This document shows, in pieces, positions 38,713 to 50,671 of a stretch of 64,000 nt of DNA. Both the position numbers and the translations under genes were made by a program. The notes under the pieces are model-generated. The model had not been told where the DNA came from. It made no database searches and saw only the letters and a list, made by a program, of their open reading frames with translations. Source of the stretch: Octopus sinensis (taxonomy: Eukaryota); contig NC_042998.1 of the NCBI RefSeq assembly GCF_006345805.1, positions 70,060,001-70,124,000 of the forward strand, given 5' to 3'. Each line of letters begins with the position of its first letter. Position 1 is the first letter of the stretch.

Positions 38713-38935
38713 ATTGTTAATCCAAACATGAACAAGCAAGAAAAAACAACAACGCGAAGACGTAGAATAAGTACAGTGGTATTGGACGCTCAAGAAATGG
38801 AAGAAAAGAAAGAGGATTTCACGTTTCGAGCAGAGCTCTTCATCAGAAATATAGAAAAGTCCAAAGAAGGGAAGACTGAGAAAGAAAATCGCCAACGATA
38901 CACACGCGGTCGCATATTGTAATGACCGGAAGTGA
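38713..38935 (-). mobile_element. Penelope-like terminal-repeat fragment with a minimal type I hammerhead motif (38816-38850)
   Basis: Minus strand attt-CTGATGA-A-gagc-tct-gctc-GAAACGTG-aaat. Confidence 0.7.
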
Positions 38936-39219
38936 ATGGGTGAAGAAAAAGTTCTTTCAAAGACAGGAGAGTGCAAGAGAAGGAGGTATGTGTGTATATG
39001 TGTGGGTATGTGCGTGCGTGCAGGTCTGTGTGTTTGTGTGTAATGATAGCACGTGTGAGTGAGTGTGTAGCTGTTTTTGTATGTGTGTGGTTGGGCTTAG
39101 TATCGTTTAAGGTCATAGGAAGAATTTATAGTAAGAATTTTGGTAGGAGTGGCTGCCTGTTGTGTGTCTACCTACACATGTGCGTTGGAGAATGGTCGGT
39201 AGAAATGTACTGGTAGTTG

Positions 39220-40610
39220 GAGTATGTGTGTGTGCGTGTGTGTATATGTAGTGTGGTGTGTGTTTTGTTTGCAGTGTGTATGTGTATGTATGTGTATGTG
39301 TGTGTACGTGTGGGTATGTGTGTACGCATGGAGTTGTGTATGTGGAGTAACTGTACTTTACTATGTGTATGTGTGCATGTGTGTGCTTCTATGTACGTGT
39401 GTGTACATGTATGTATAATTGTGTGCATGTATGTATGAGTGTGTGCTGTGTGTGTATGGGAGGTACGTATGGGTTCATTTGCGTGTGCTTGTGTGTGTAT
39501 GTGTGTGCATGTGCATACATGTGTGTGCGCGTGTACATGTGTGTGTGTGCGTGTGTATTTTGTGTGTGTGCATGTGTGCGCGTGTGTGTATGAGTGTTTG
39601 TGCATGTGTGTGAACGAAGGTTGTGTAAGGGGTATAGGTGGGGTTTTTGCGCGTGTATTCATGTGCGTGTGTGTGCGTACGTGTGTATATGTATGTGTGT
39701 GTAGTTGTGTGCGCATGTATGTGTGCATGTGTATGAGTGTGCCTGTGTGCGTATGCGGGTGTATATATGTGCATGCGAGATGTGAGTGTTAGGTATGTGT
39801 GCATTCGTGTGCGTGTGTGCGTGCGTATGTGTGCGCATGTGTGTGCGTGTGTGTATGTGTCTATATGTGTATGTGTATGTATGTGCGTGTATGTATATAT
39901 CGTGTGTGTATGTATATGTATGTGTGTATGTGAATTTGTGTATGCGTGTGTGCATAGGTTGCGTGGGGGGGTTTGTCTAGGCGTATATGTGCGTACCTGT
40001 GTGTATGTGCATGAGTGCATGTGTGCGTATATGTGCGTGTGTGTTTGTACCCATGTGTGTGTAATTGTGTGCGTGTCTGTATGTGTATGTACATGTGCTA
40101 GTGTGTGTATGTGTATGTACGTGTGTATATATCCGTCTGCATGTGTGTATGTGCGTGTGTGAACGTAAAGATGTGTGTCGGGTTATGTGTGTATGTGAGT
40201 GTGCTTGAGTATGTATGTGTATGTGGTTGCGTGCACTGTGTACGTTTATGTGTGTGTCTGTATATAGGTATGTGTGTCTGCATGTGCGTGGGGTTGTGTG
40301 GGTTAAGTATCTGTGCATTCCTGTGCGTGTATATGTGTGTGTGTACATGAATATGTGTGTGTGCGCGTGGGTGTATGTGGGTGTGTGTATGTATGCGTGT
40401 ATGTGTGCGTGTGTGTGCATGTGTGTGTGCATGTGTGAGTGTGCGTGTGTGTATGTGTGTGGAAGAATGTGTGTGTGTATATGTTCATGTATGTGTGTTG
40501 TATGTGTGCGGTGCGTGTGGGAGGTATATGTGCGTTCATGTGTGTGCACGGGTGCGTGAGTTTTTTGTGTGTGTGAATATGTACGTATGTGTGTGTATGT
40601 GTGCACGCAT
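39220..40610. repeat. 1.4-kb degenerate alternating purine-pyrimidine (GT/AT/GC) tract
   Basis: Directly visible; source of the HT- and CV-repeat ORFs. Confidence 0.95.
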
Positions 40611-41125
40611 ATAGAAATAAAAACAATAAATTATGAAAATAAGGTTGAAAGGAGATAAAGAAGAAGTTAATGCAATATAACATGCGGCAATTACAAGCAA
40701 AAATGAAAAATGAAATAAGGTTGCTTTGTTGCAGGAGGTGTAGAAGCAGTCAATAGGAGGAGGGGGTTGTTTTTAGTCCGATTGGGATAGTTGTTCGTAG
40801 ATTAAAGATATACCGCTGTTCCAGGCGGAGTCGTGTGTGGATCCGATATATATATACATATATATATATGCCTATATGAGTTAGAGGTTAAGCAACCATC
40901 TAAGGATAATAAATATCCAATATACTAATGTATGTATACCTACGTATTTATATCCAAGTGCTAACTATTGCAGGGCAGTATCGCAATTGAATACTAGGTA
41001 TGAGTGGGAGTAAAACAGAAATTTACCCAGAATTTATAAGGCAAAGTGTTTTTTCACTCATTTATTATTATTCACTTATTTATTTTTATTTATCTATTTA
41101 TTTACTTGTTTATTTGCTTATTTCA

Positions 41126-41365
41126 TTTACTCTCTCTTTACTCTTTACTCTTTTACTTGTTTCAGTCATTTGACTGCGGCCATGCTGGAGCACCGCCTTT
41201 AGTCGATCAAATCGACCCGGAACTTATTCTTTGTAAGCCCAGTACTTATTCTATCGGTCTCTTTTGCCGAACCGCTAAGTGGCGGGGACGTAGACACACC
41301 ATCATCGGTTGTAGACACACCATCATCGGTTGTCAAATACTAGGGGGACAAACACAGACACACAA

Positions 41366-41400
<35 letters not shown>

Positions 41401-41574
41401 CATATATACGACAGGCTTCTTTCAGTTTCCGTCTACCAAATCCACTCACAAATCCACTCACATAGCCCGGGGCTATAGCAGAAGACACTTGCCCAAGATG
41501 CCACGCAGTGGGACTGAACCCGCAACCATGTGGTTGGTTAGCAAGCTACTTACCACACAGCCACTCCTGCGCCT
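41126..41574 (-). mobile_element. Full-length family A SINE with internal 21-bp and 12-bp micro-duplications
   Basis: agacacaccatcatcggttgt x2; aaatccactcac x2; head ...cagccactcctgcgcct. Confidence 0.92.
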
Positions 41575-41659
41575 ATGTTTATTTTGATTACTTATACATA
41601 TGATTGTAATCAATAAATAGAGCTAAATGAATATTTACAGGATGATGTTTGTCGATTGT

Positions 41660-41696
<37 letters not shown>

Positions 41697-41949
41697 TACG
41701 ACAGGCTTCTTTCAGTTTCCGTCTACCAAATCCACTCACAAATCCACTCACATAGCCCGGGGCTATAGCAGAAGACACTTGCCCAAGATGCCACGCAGTG
41801 GGACTGAACCCGCAACCATGTGGTTGGTTAGCAAGCTACTTACCACACAGCCACTCCTGCGCCTATGTTTATTTTGATTACTTATACATATGATTGTAAT
41901 CAATAAATAGAGCTAAATGAATATTTACAGGATGATGTTTGTCGATTGT

Positions 41950-42007
<58 letters not shown>
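41382..42007. repeat. 290-bp tandem duplication (SINE head half plus flank) bounded by (TA)n
   Basis: catatatacgacagg at 41401 and 41691; gtcgattgtag ending at 41661 and 41951; no differences seen outside the TA tracts. Confidence 0.92.
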
Positions 42008-42010
<3 letters not shown>

Positions 42011-42522
42011 GCTTTTTTTTGAAAATGCACCTGACTATGAAAACTTGTAATTGTTTGTAAATAAATATATTTACATACATTCCAAACCAGTTTCAACAAT
42101 TTTTTGTTTATCAATGGGAATTAAACGAATGGGATTTAAAAAATGTTTAATTGTGAAGTAGAAATTATGTTTAAATGATTAAATGTTCAGAAAATTCAAT
42201 AATACCAAAACTGATCGGCGAAGAATAAAAAAAAATGTAGATCAGCAAAATTTCGGTCATACTGAGACAAGAAAGAAAATTAAGAAAAGAAGAGAGTAAA
42301 AAAAGGGGATTTTGTTACAGTTTCTATCATCTTGCGTGTGTTTTTTTTTTCCCGTCGCGTACAAGATTTTCCGCTTGCAACGGAGTGTTTTGGAATCAGT
42401 ATATTTATAAGTTCTTCCGTGAACGGATCTAATTTTTGATTCGTTATAATTGCGCATTTTCAAAAACAAATTCTCCTATATTTTTCCTGCGTGGATATTC
42501 GCCACTTCTTTCCACACGCACG

Positions 42523-42593
<71 letters not shown>

Positions 42594-42739
42594 TCACACA
42601 CACACACACACACACAAACAAACAAACACATATATATATATATACACACACACATACATGTGTGTATATATAGATATATACATATATATAAATATAAAGA
42701 AAGAAAGAAATATATGAATAAATATATATCTAATACATT

Positions 42740-43055
42740 CTTTTACATGTTTCAGTCATTTGACTGGCCATACTGGTGCACCGCTTTTAGTCGAAGAAAT
42801 CGACCCCAGGACCTATTCTTTGAAAGTTTAGTAATTATTCTATTCAGCTTTTTGCCGAACCGCTAAGTTTTGGGGACGTAAACACACCAACATCGGTTGT
42901 CAAACGATGGCAGGGGAACAAACACAGACACACAAACATAAACACACACACACGTGTGTGTGTGTGTGTGTTTCTTCTTTCAGTTTCCGTCTACCAAAAC
43001 CACTCACTGAACCCAGAACCATGTGGTTGGGAAGCAAGCTTCTACCATGCCTGCG
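42740..43055 (-). mobile_element. Family A SINE with internal deletion
   Basis: tttcagtcatttgactggccatactggtgcaccgc ... actgaacccagaaccatgtggttggg. Confidence 0.85.
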
Positions 43056-43060
43056 ATAGA

Positions 43061-43130
<70 letters not shown>

Positions 43131-43547
43131 ATATACACACCAGTTCCCAACAGGCTGGTCGAACGATTATTAAGAAGTTCTCTATTACATTGGTGTCTCT
43201 CTAGTTACCTCTTCACTGCCCTCATCTTATGACCCTTATTTTCTTCAAAATTTATATCACATTCACTTCCTAATCTCCATATTAAACATTCCTTAATGTT
43301 TAGACCCACCTTAGACCTACCGCCTCCTTAGACCCACTGCCTAATGAAATTCTGCCGCTACCTTATTTGTCATTTTTCCCTACAACATCAATTCACTGAA
43401 ATTCAAGCTAAACATCAATTATATTTGCCCTAACAGTCTATTAATCACAGCAAGGAATACAGACATCCTCTCTCACATTCTAACTGTGGACAATGTTCTC
43501 TATATTTAGGCGATGTTTACTATTCTTCATATTTAGACTATAAACAT

Positions 43548-43631
43548 TGTCCTTCATATCCACGTTATGGTCAGATGTCCTTTATATCCACGTTACGGAC
43601 AGGTGACCGTCATAGACACGCTATGGACATT
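43548..43631. repeat. 3 x 28-bp degenerate tandem repeat
   Basis: tgtccttcatatccacgttatggtcaga / tgtcctttatatccacgttacggacagg / tgaccgtcatagacacgctatggacatt. Confidence 0.8.
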
Positions 43632-43639
43632 GAGAAATA

Positions 43640-44086
43640 GTTTCAAATTTTGGCACTAGGCAGCAGTTTTAAGGTAGATAATTAGTAAATTACATCAACC
43701 CCAGTGCTTTGCTATTGATTTTATCATCCTCGAAAGGTCGAATTTGAACTTAGAACGTAAAGAAATAGAAAAAATGCCACTGATCATTTTTTGTTCGACG
43801 CGCAAATGATTCTGTCAGTTTGCTGCCTTTATAACATAAAACTAATTATGGAAAGATTTCTCGAAGGGCGCGAGCTGACAGAATCGTTAATATGCCGGGG
43901 AAGTGGGGGGGAATGCCGCTAAGCATTTTGCCCATCTTTGTATTTGAGCTCAAATTCCACTGAGGTTGTCTTTGCCTTTTACTATTTCGGGGTCGATAAG
44001 ATAAGTACCAGTTGAACACTGGGATCGGTGTGATCGACTTAATTCATCCCCCGGAATTGCCTGCCTTGTGCCAAAATTTGAACCAA
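43640..44086. mobile_element. Head-to-head pair of family B SINEs (43640-43828 minus; 43866-44086 plus)
   Basis: Both heads contain ctgacagaatc, and both tails read gtgccaaaatttgaa in opposite orientation. Confidence 0.8.
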
Positions 44087-44735
44087 TACGCAAGGATTTC
44101 TCAACGTGTGCTGCTCATTAACATGAAACTTGGGATCACGTTGCAATGAAGCAAGTCTCTGAAGCCATGAACGTTTATGTCATTATATAAACGTTGTATG
44201 TAATATTCTATTATATGTCGTTTGATCTTTTAACTGTCTCATCTCTTACATAACGTTGTGTGTCACGTTATATATCGTTTTAATGACATATATAACATTA
44301 TATACACATACATATATGTTGGTATATATACATATATAATTAATCGAAGTGTACAGTACTATATATCCATTATGGCCGAACTTACCAATCGCTTTCGTGC
44401 TAGGGATTCAACGGAGTGTTAGGTAACAGTCCGATTATGCAACCCTGCGCTCATCAGATGTTGCCGTAATGGAATGAAATAAGATGACTGATCTCTATTG
44501 TTAGAGGTGAATAAACTCATCTGGTTTGTGGTTGCTGAGAAAAAAATTATATATATATGACATTATATGTTGCTATATAGCGTTTTGTGTAATTTCAGAA
44601 TATGTATGACATTATACAAACCTGTGTATATATAGGTATATATAATGTTATATAGCTACAGGTACATGTCAATGTATGCAGTTGTGTATGTTGCTGCATG
44701 TAGTTATATGACATTAAATGTAGTTTTTTTAAAAT

Positions 44736-44945
44736 TCTTTCACTTGTCTCAGTCATTGGATTGCGGCCATGCTAGGGCAAGGACTTGAAGTTTTAATCGA
44801 TCATTTGATCTTAGTATTTATTGTTTTTAAGTCTGGTACTTATTCTGTTATGAACTGTCGTCCCATTAAATTACGAGGATGTAAACAAACTAAGAACATT
44901 TGTCAAACGCTGAGTGGATGGTGGATGAAGACAGACACACACACA
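44736..44945 (-). mobile_element. Family A-related SINE, tail half
   Basis: cagtcattggattgcggccatgctagggca...tctggtacttattctg...acagacacac. Confidence 0.7.
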
Positions 44946-44991
44946 CACACATACATACATACATACATACATACATACATACATACATACA

Positions 44992-45022
<31 letters not shown>

Positions 45023-45309
45023 GTTGAGCTGAACAATTAATTGGGTTCACACAATTAAAGCGATAATCAATTAAAATAGCTATCTTGTTTCATATTTAAC
45101 ATATATACACCGTTGGCAGGCAAGTTACTGTGCTTTTCGTCCGAAATAAAAAATACTATAGACATATAGTGTTTAAAACACAATATTTATCGGAGTGAGA
45201 TGAAAAATATACAGCGACGTATGGTCACCTATCGGAAACATTCAGTATCGTGTGTTTGATTCGTTAAATCTGTCCCCTCTCGTCTCTTCTGTATGTACTG
45301 ACTAATGAC

Positions 45310-45990
45310 AAATGGCAGTGGAAACTGGAGACTTGAGGAGCATCATGCGCGAACTAGAATGCGGAAGATCCGTGCAGGTATACACGGGCGACATTACTCT
45401 CGGACACTTGGGACATTGAGGTGATTTGAATGAGGCGATGACAGGAGCAAACATCAGCCAAGAAAAGTCGGTGGTCTTGGAGCTCGGACCCTGGAGAGGC
45501 TGGTACTGCTGTCCGTTGGTGTCGAGGACACTGGACAGGCGGACACATTAAATGACTCAGTTTTGATCTCTAGTAGAAAGAACTGGGAAGACATGACAAG
45601 TAGGGCTGTAGGAAAAGGTTTTCCCTGAAAGGTTGGGCGGCGGTGGCAAACGCCATCATATGTTATCCAACATAACTTGTACCACTCTCGTCTTACCTGA
45701 TCTTTCCACTGGTCAGACACTCCGTTTGTGGTCAATCACTGCTGAATGGAGGGCTGGGCATGAATGGAGGACTGTGATATTTCCAGCAATTCCTGGATGG
45801 AGAGCAGATGCAATCACCGTTTGTTAGACAGGTAGTTCCACAGTTCCTCTCTTTGACAGAGCCGCAGTCCTGGATCAAACATAAGCTGAGATTGGGCACC
45901 ATGCACTTACATTGTCTTCAGTTGCTCACAGCCCTCTGCCTGTCAGGTCGGTGGAAGTTCCACTTTAGCGTTCTATAGAGGATTACTGTC
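45310..45990 (+). pseudogene. L1/Tx1-clade LINE RT relic
   Basis: VQVYTGDIT (degenerate YADD at 45381), EAMTGANISQEKSVVLELGPWRG, NWEDMTSR, LDGEQ, STLAFYRG with frameshifts. Confidence 0.7.
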
Positions 45991-47121
45991 AGGCTAAAAA
46001 TATTATTTTTACTATTCCTTCCTACTGGTCAATTCACCTCCCTTTCCACTGGTCACTTTGCCCTATTTCTCCACTAGTTAATCGAACCTAAATTTTTAAC
46101 TGGTTAATTCACACCACTTTTTCCCTATTGGTCAAATCTTTAACCAATCTGCTGGTTAATTTTTTGTCCATTTTCTTTCTCGATTCAGTCACTACGTCCC
46201 ACTTCTCTTCTGGTCAGTTCATGCCACTCACCTCCACTCTACGGACATTCGACTTGCCTGAAATATCTTTGGAAGAAATGAAGCAAAAGAATATCAAATG
46301 TGTGTGTGTGTGTGAACGTGAGTGTGAGTGTATATGTACGCATGTGAGTGTTTGTGTGAATGTGTGTGAAAGAATGAGTGTGTGAGTGTGAATTATATTA
46401 ATGTGGGTGTGCATGGGTAAGTGGGTGGTGGGAAGAGGGTAACTTTGTAGTTTCCTATTAATAAAATTCAATTAATTTTGAAACCTAAACAATTTCCTGT
46501 TAATATTATCAAAGGGAACAGTTTGAAACAAACAGTTGACTCTATTTCCACCCCTATCTTCATCCCCTCCTCATGTGTATCTGTGTGTCTGTCAGGATCA
46601 GTGTGTGTGTAATTAAACACACACACACACATACAGACTGACGGACGAAATCATGGACAGGTAACATGCAAGCCCGTGATTGCACGCGTGAAGAAATATT
46701 CCAGCATGCAATGTAAACATGTACAAGAAACCAAACAGACATATATAACTCCATGGGGCTCACATGGAGGCGACTCATAGAGCTGGTAATTAATAGAAAA
46801 CGATGCAGTGTCGAACATATGAGAGGAGAATTTCTCTATTTCTTCCCTCTAGAGAAGATACCAGTCATTCGCAGCCACGATTCCCGATAAGATTTTTGTA
46901 CGTACTTGCATTATTAAGTGAATTAAAACTTCCCGTCGCAAGCGCTTGCTATAAGGACGGAAATAAATTAATGTGCTTAATTGATGGCAATATTCTCAAA
47001 AGAACAAATGTTGCTCCTTAGCATATATACTGACAAATAATGTTATTTATATATGTGCGTGCGCGTGCGCATGTGTATGTATGTCTGTAAGTATGCATTT
47101 ATCTGTGTGTGTGTATATATA

Positions 47122-47163
<42 letters not shown>

Positions 47164-48329
47164 TTTACAAAATAAGGGCAAAAGAAAAATTCTAATGCCA
47201 AATATGCCGAAAAAAAGACAAAATTGTCAATAACCATTATAATTTATGCGTCTCGAAACAAACCGATAGAAATTTCTAAAAAATCCATTATTACCGTATT
47301 GGTCCCAATTTCGGAGTTAATTCATAAGAATTTTCCCCTCTTCAGCGATAAATACGTGAGATATAAGTGAAATACTTACTCATACCCATGGAAAAAGCAA
47401 GCACTAAGTCCTGAGCAGACCTAAGTACCCCAAATATATCCAAAATAGAAAATCTTCAGCACATCTTGAGACACGTGTGATTCGAACTAGAAACTTTCAC
47501 AGAGTGAGAGAATCCGGAAGAGAACACTATTAAATTTAAGGAGAGATACCTCATATCAACTGGTGTCTTGTAAACGAGATCTGACCGCCGCTTGCTTTAA
47601 CATTCGAGCATACTGAATACCGCCTCTCTTCCCCCACCAATGTCGGAGACTTTAAAGGGTCACGTGTACTACTTTTCCACTTCTGGTGGAATCACTTGTG
47701 TTTCTTTGAGAACAGGTCATCCACCTGGCATCCACCTCTCAGCTATAGGAACAAGAAGCTATAACATGCGCAGCAGCCGTCTTCCGCGAAACCGCTTTGC
47801 AAGGTGGATTGAACCAAGCGAGGGTAGCCGTCAGATCTGCACCTTTGAAGTGTTATGGCGTGTGTACCCTAACATAACGTAACTGATTCCGGCAGATTGA
47901 GAGAACCTAAAGAACTGGATCGAGTGGTCAGAAAAGTGCCTAGTCCAGTGTTACAGACGAAACGGAATAGAACTGCCGGTTATCCATTGCATTTAGACCA
48001 ACCTTCAAAAAACTTGACTTCATCTTGGCTCTGAATAACATCACATCTAGATAGGAGTGCGGTTGATGCTGTGGAGTCTTCTCTTGCTTAAATCAATTTA
48101 TCAAGTTTTGACGTCACATGATATCGTGAGCTTGAATAGAGAAACAAAATACATATATGGCAGAATATTCCTGTATACGCTTTATTTTGTCTTGTACACT
48201 CAAATACCGGTAAAGTCGCACTTTTGTCGTCGTGACATACAGTTTTCTTGAGCATTTAAAACTCTCTAGCCACGCCACTCTAGGACTGTGCACAGACGTT
48301 TTCTTACAGAAAGACGGGAGAGGGGTTGA

Positions 48330-48468
48330 TTCATGCTGAATTTTCTTGAGAAGTACGTTAAGCGTACACATGTCTGTGGAGTGGTCAGCCACTTGCACGT
48401 TAATTTCATGAGCAGGCTGTTCCGTTGATCGGATCGACTGGAATCCCTTGTCGTAATCGACGGAGTGC
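48330..48468 (+). mobile_element. Family C SINE tail
   Basis: tgtctgtggagtggtcagccacttgcacgttaatttcatgagcaggctgttccgttgatcgg. Confidence 0.85.
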
Positions 48469-48508
48469 AAGTTCTTTTCCTTATTTCTGTATATATATGT
48501 GTGCATCA

Positions 48509-48547
<39 letters not shown>

Positions 48548-48550
<3 letters not shown>

Positions 48551-49840
48551 GGTGCGGTGGGTAAATTGTTGCTATCGTATATTTTTAATTTCGCTCATGC
48601 GCATGGCCTGTTTTTGATTTTGTAAACTACACAGTATAGTAGGGTCAGTTAGGCACTGTCTGTGAGAAAATCAGTACCATAACGCAATTCATTCTGCCAC
48701 AAATTTGGAAACGACATGCTGTATTGTTTGGCATTCGCGCCAGAATCTCCAATACGAACATTTTAGAATGTATGGGTGTCAACCTGAGGACAGTACAGAG
48801 GATTCGGAAAGAGTTGGATGAGTCTAATGGGGATTACGAAGGTACGGCAGCTCGGAAAACTCATTCTGAATCGTTCTGATTAGAAAAGAACTCTTGAATT
48901 TGTTGATGAGATCCAGGTCATGATTGACAACGATCCCTCCAAGCCGATCGGGTCCATCACCTGAGACATTGGAGTGCCTGAGTTTCTTATCAGACAGGTA
49001 GTGCATGAAAGCATTCGGTATTCCTCATGCAAGATGAGAAAGGGTCAGTTTTTGTCCCAAACCATCAAGGACAAGAGGAAAGACCGCGCTACGAAGCTTC
49101 TGAACAGCCTCAAGAATCCCCTCCAACCGAACATGCTTTGGTTTTTTCTCAGACGAAAAAAAAATTCTGCTAGGATCAGATGGTGAACACACAGAACAAT
49201 CGTTGGCTTGCCGGGTCCCCAGGACATATACCAAGAGTGTTAAAAGTCAAACATCCAGTGAACATCATGTTGTTTGGAGTGATCACTAGTGATGGTGACG
49301 TTATGCCTCCATTCATCTTCCCGCACAGCCTCGTACTCAACACGGAAGCCTACATCAAGTGCCTGGAAGAGCTAGTGCTGCCCTGGATCAAGAGGGTGGC
49401 TGCTGGAAGACCCCTATGTCTAGCAACAAGACTTTGCGCCGTGCCACACAAACGGAAGAAACCAGTCATGGATGTCAGACAATTTCTGCGACCACAACAC
49501 CCTTAACATCTGGCCACCTAACTCCCCAGACTGCAACCTCCTTAATTATTATGTGTGGGGTACAGTTGAACGAGAGACCAAGAAAACTCCTTGTAACACC
49601 AAGAATTATGGCAGCATTACCCAACTTTTAAAGAAAGAAACCGTCCAGAAGAGTTCCTGGAGATTCTGAAGTCGTCTGGAGGCCGTGGTTGAAGCCAATG
49701 GCGATTTTATTGAATAAATTTACTCATTAGTATTTCAAGATATTTTTATGTAATTTTGGTAAATACATCTGTTAAAATGAAATGTCAGTGTTATTTTCAT
49801 TTTTGCGTAATTTAGACGACAATTTATTCATCGCACCCTG
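48548..49840 (+). mobile_element. maT/DD37D-type Tc1/mariner transposon, defective
   Basis: TIRs cagggtgcggtgggtaaattgttgcta / tagacgacaatttattcatcgcaccctg, TA flanks; QQD followed by exactly 37 residues (FAPCHT...WPPNSPDCNLL) then N where the third D is expected. Confidence 0.92.
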
Positions 49841-49885
49841 TATATCAGTATGTATGGGTGTCTATAGATATGTGTTTGAGGGATT

Positions 49886-50028
49886 CTTTTCTACTCTAGC
49901 ACAAGGCCCGAATTTTTTGGGAAGAGGGTTAGTCGATTAGATCGACCCCAGTACGCAATTGGTAATTAAATTATCGACACCGAAAGGATGAAAGGCAAAG
50001 TCGACCTCGGCGAAATTTGAACTCAGAA
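49886..50028 (-). mobile_element. 5'-truncated family B SINE with 16-bp TSD
   Basis: ATGTGTTTGAGGGATT at 49870-49885 and 50029-50044 flanks the insertion. Confidence 0.9.
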
Positions 50029-50227
50029 ATGTGTTTGAGGGATTGTGCAAGTGTTTTTGTCTACGTGTGTGATTATGTGTATGAATATTTTTATATGTCT
50101 GTCAGTATCTTTATATATATGTGTGAGTATATCTGCGTATGTGTATGAATAAATAAACAGATATGGGTATGTGAGTATTTCTGTCTGTGAGTAACTGACT
50201 ACGTATACGTATGCAAGCGAGTATATG

Positions 50228-50259
<32 letters not shown>

Positions 50260-50398
50260 GTGTGTGTGTGTGTGTGTGTGTGTGTTTGAGTATCTATGAA
50301 AAGGCGAGAGGCTATATTGTATATGTGTGTGTATGCGTGTGTATGTGTGTGTAAGTATCTCCGTATATATGTGGAAGGGAATATATCTGTATATATGT

Positions 50399-50590
50399 AT
50401 TTCTTTATTGCCCACAGAGGGCTACACATATAGGGGACAAACAAGGACAAAGGGATTAAGTAGATTACATCGAGCCCAGTACGTAACTGGTGCTTATTTA
50501 ATCCTCGGCGGGATTTGAACTCAGAACGTAACGGCAGACGAAATACCGGCGTGCTAACATTTGTCAGCTCGCCTTCTCTGCCAGCTCACC
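50399..50590 (-). mobile_element. Family B SINE variant with internal deletion
   Basis: gggatttgaactcagaacgtaacggcagacgaaatac; its tail variant matches 36300-36357. Confidence 0.8.
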
Positions 50591-50671
50591 AGCGCGTCTT
50601 GACCTTGCCTTCGCCGCGTAGAGTAGTTGAAACAGGGACAACTGAAGAAGGGGAATATTCTTTATGTTGTA

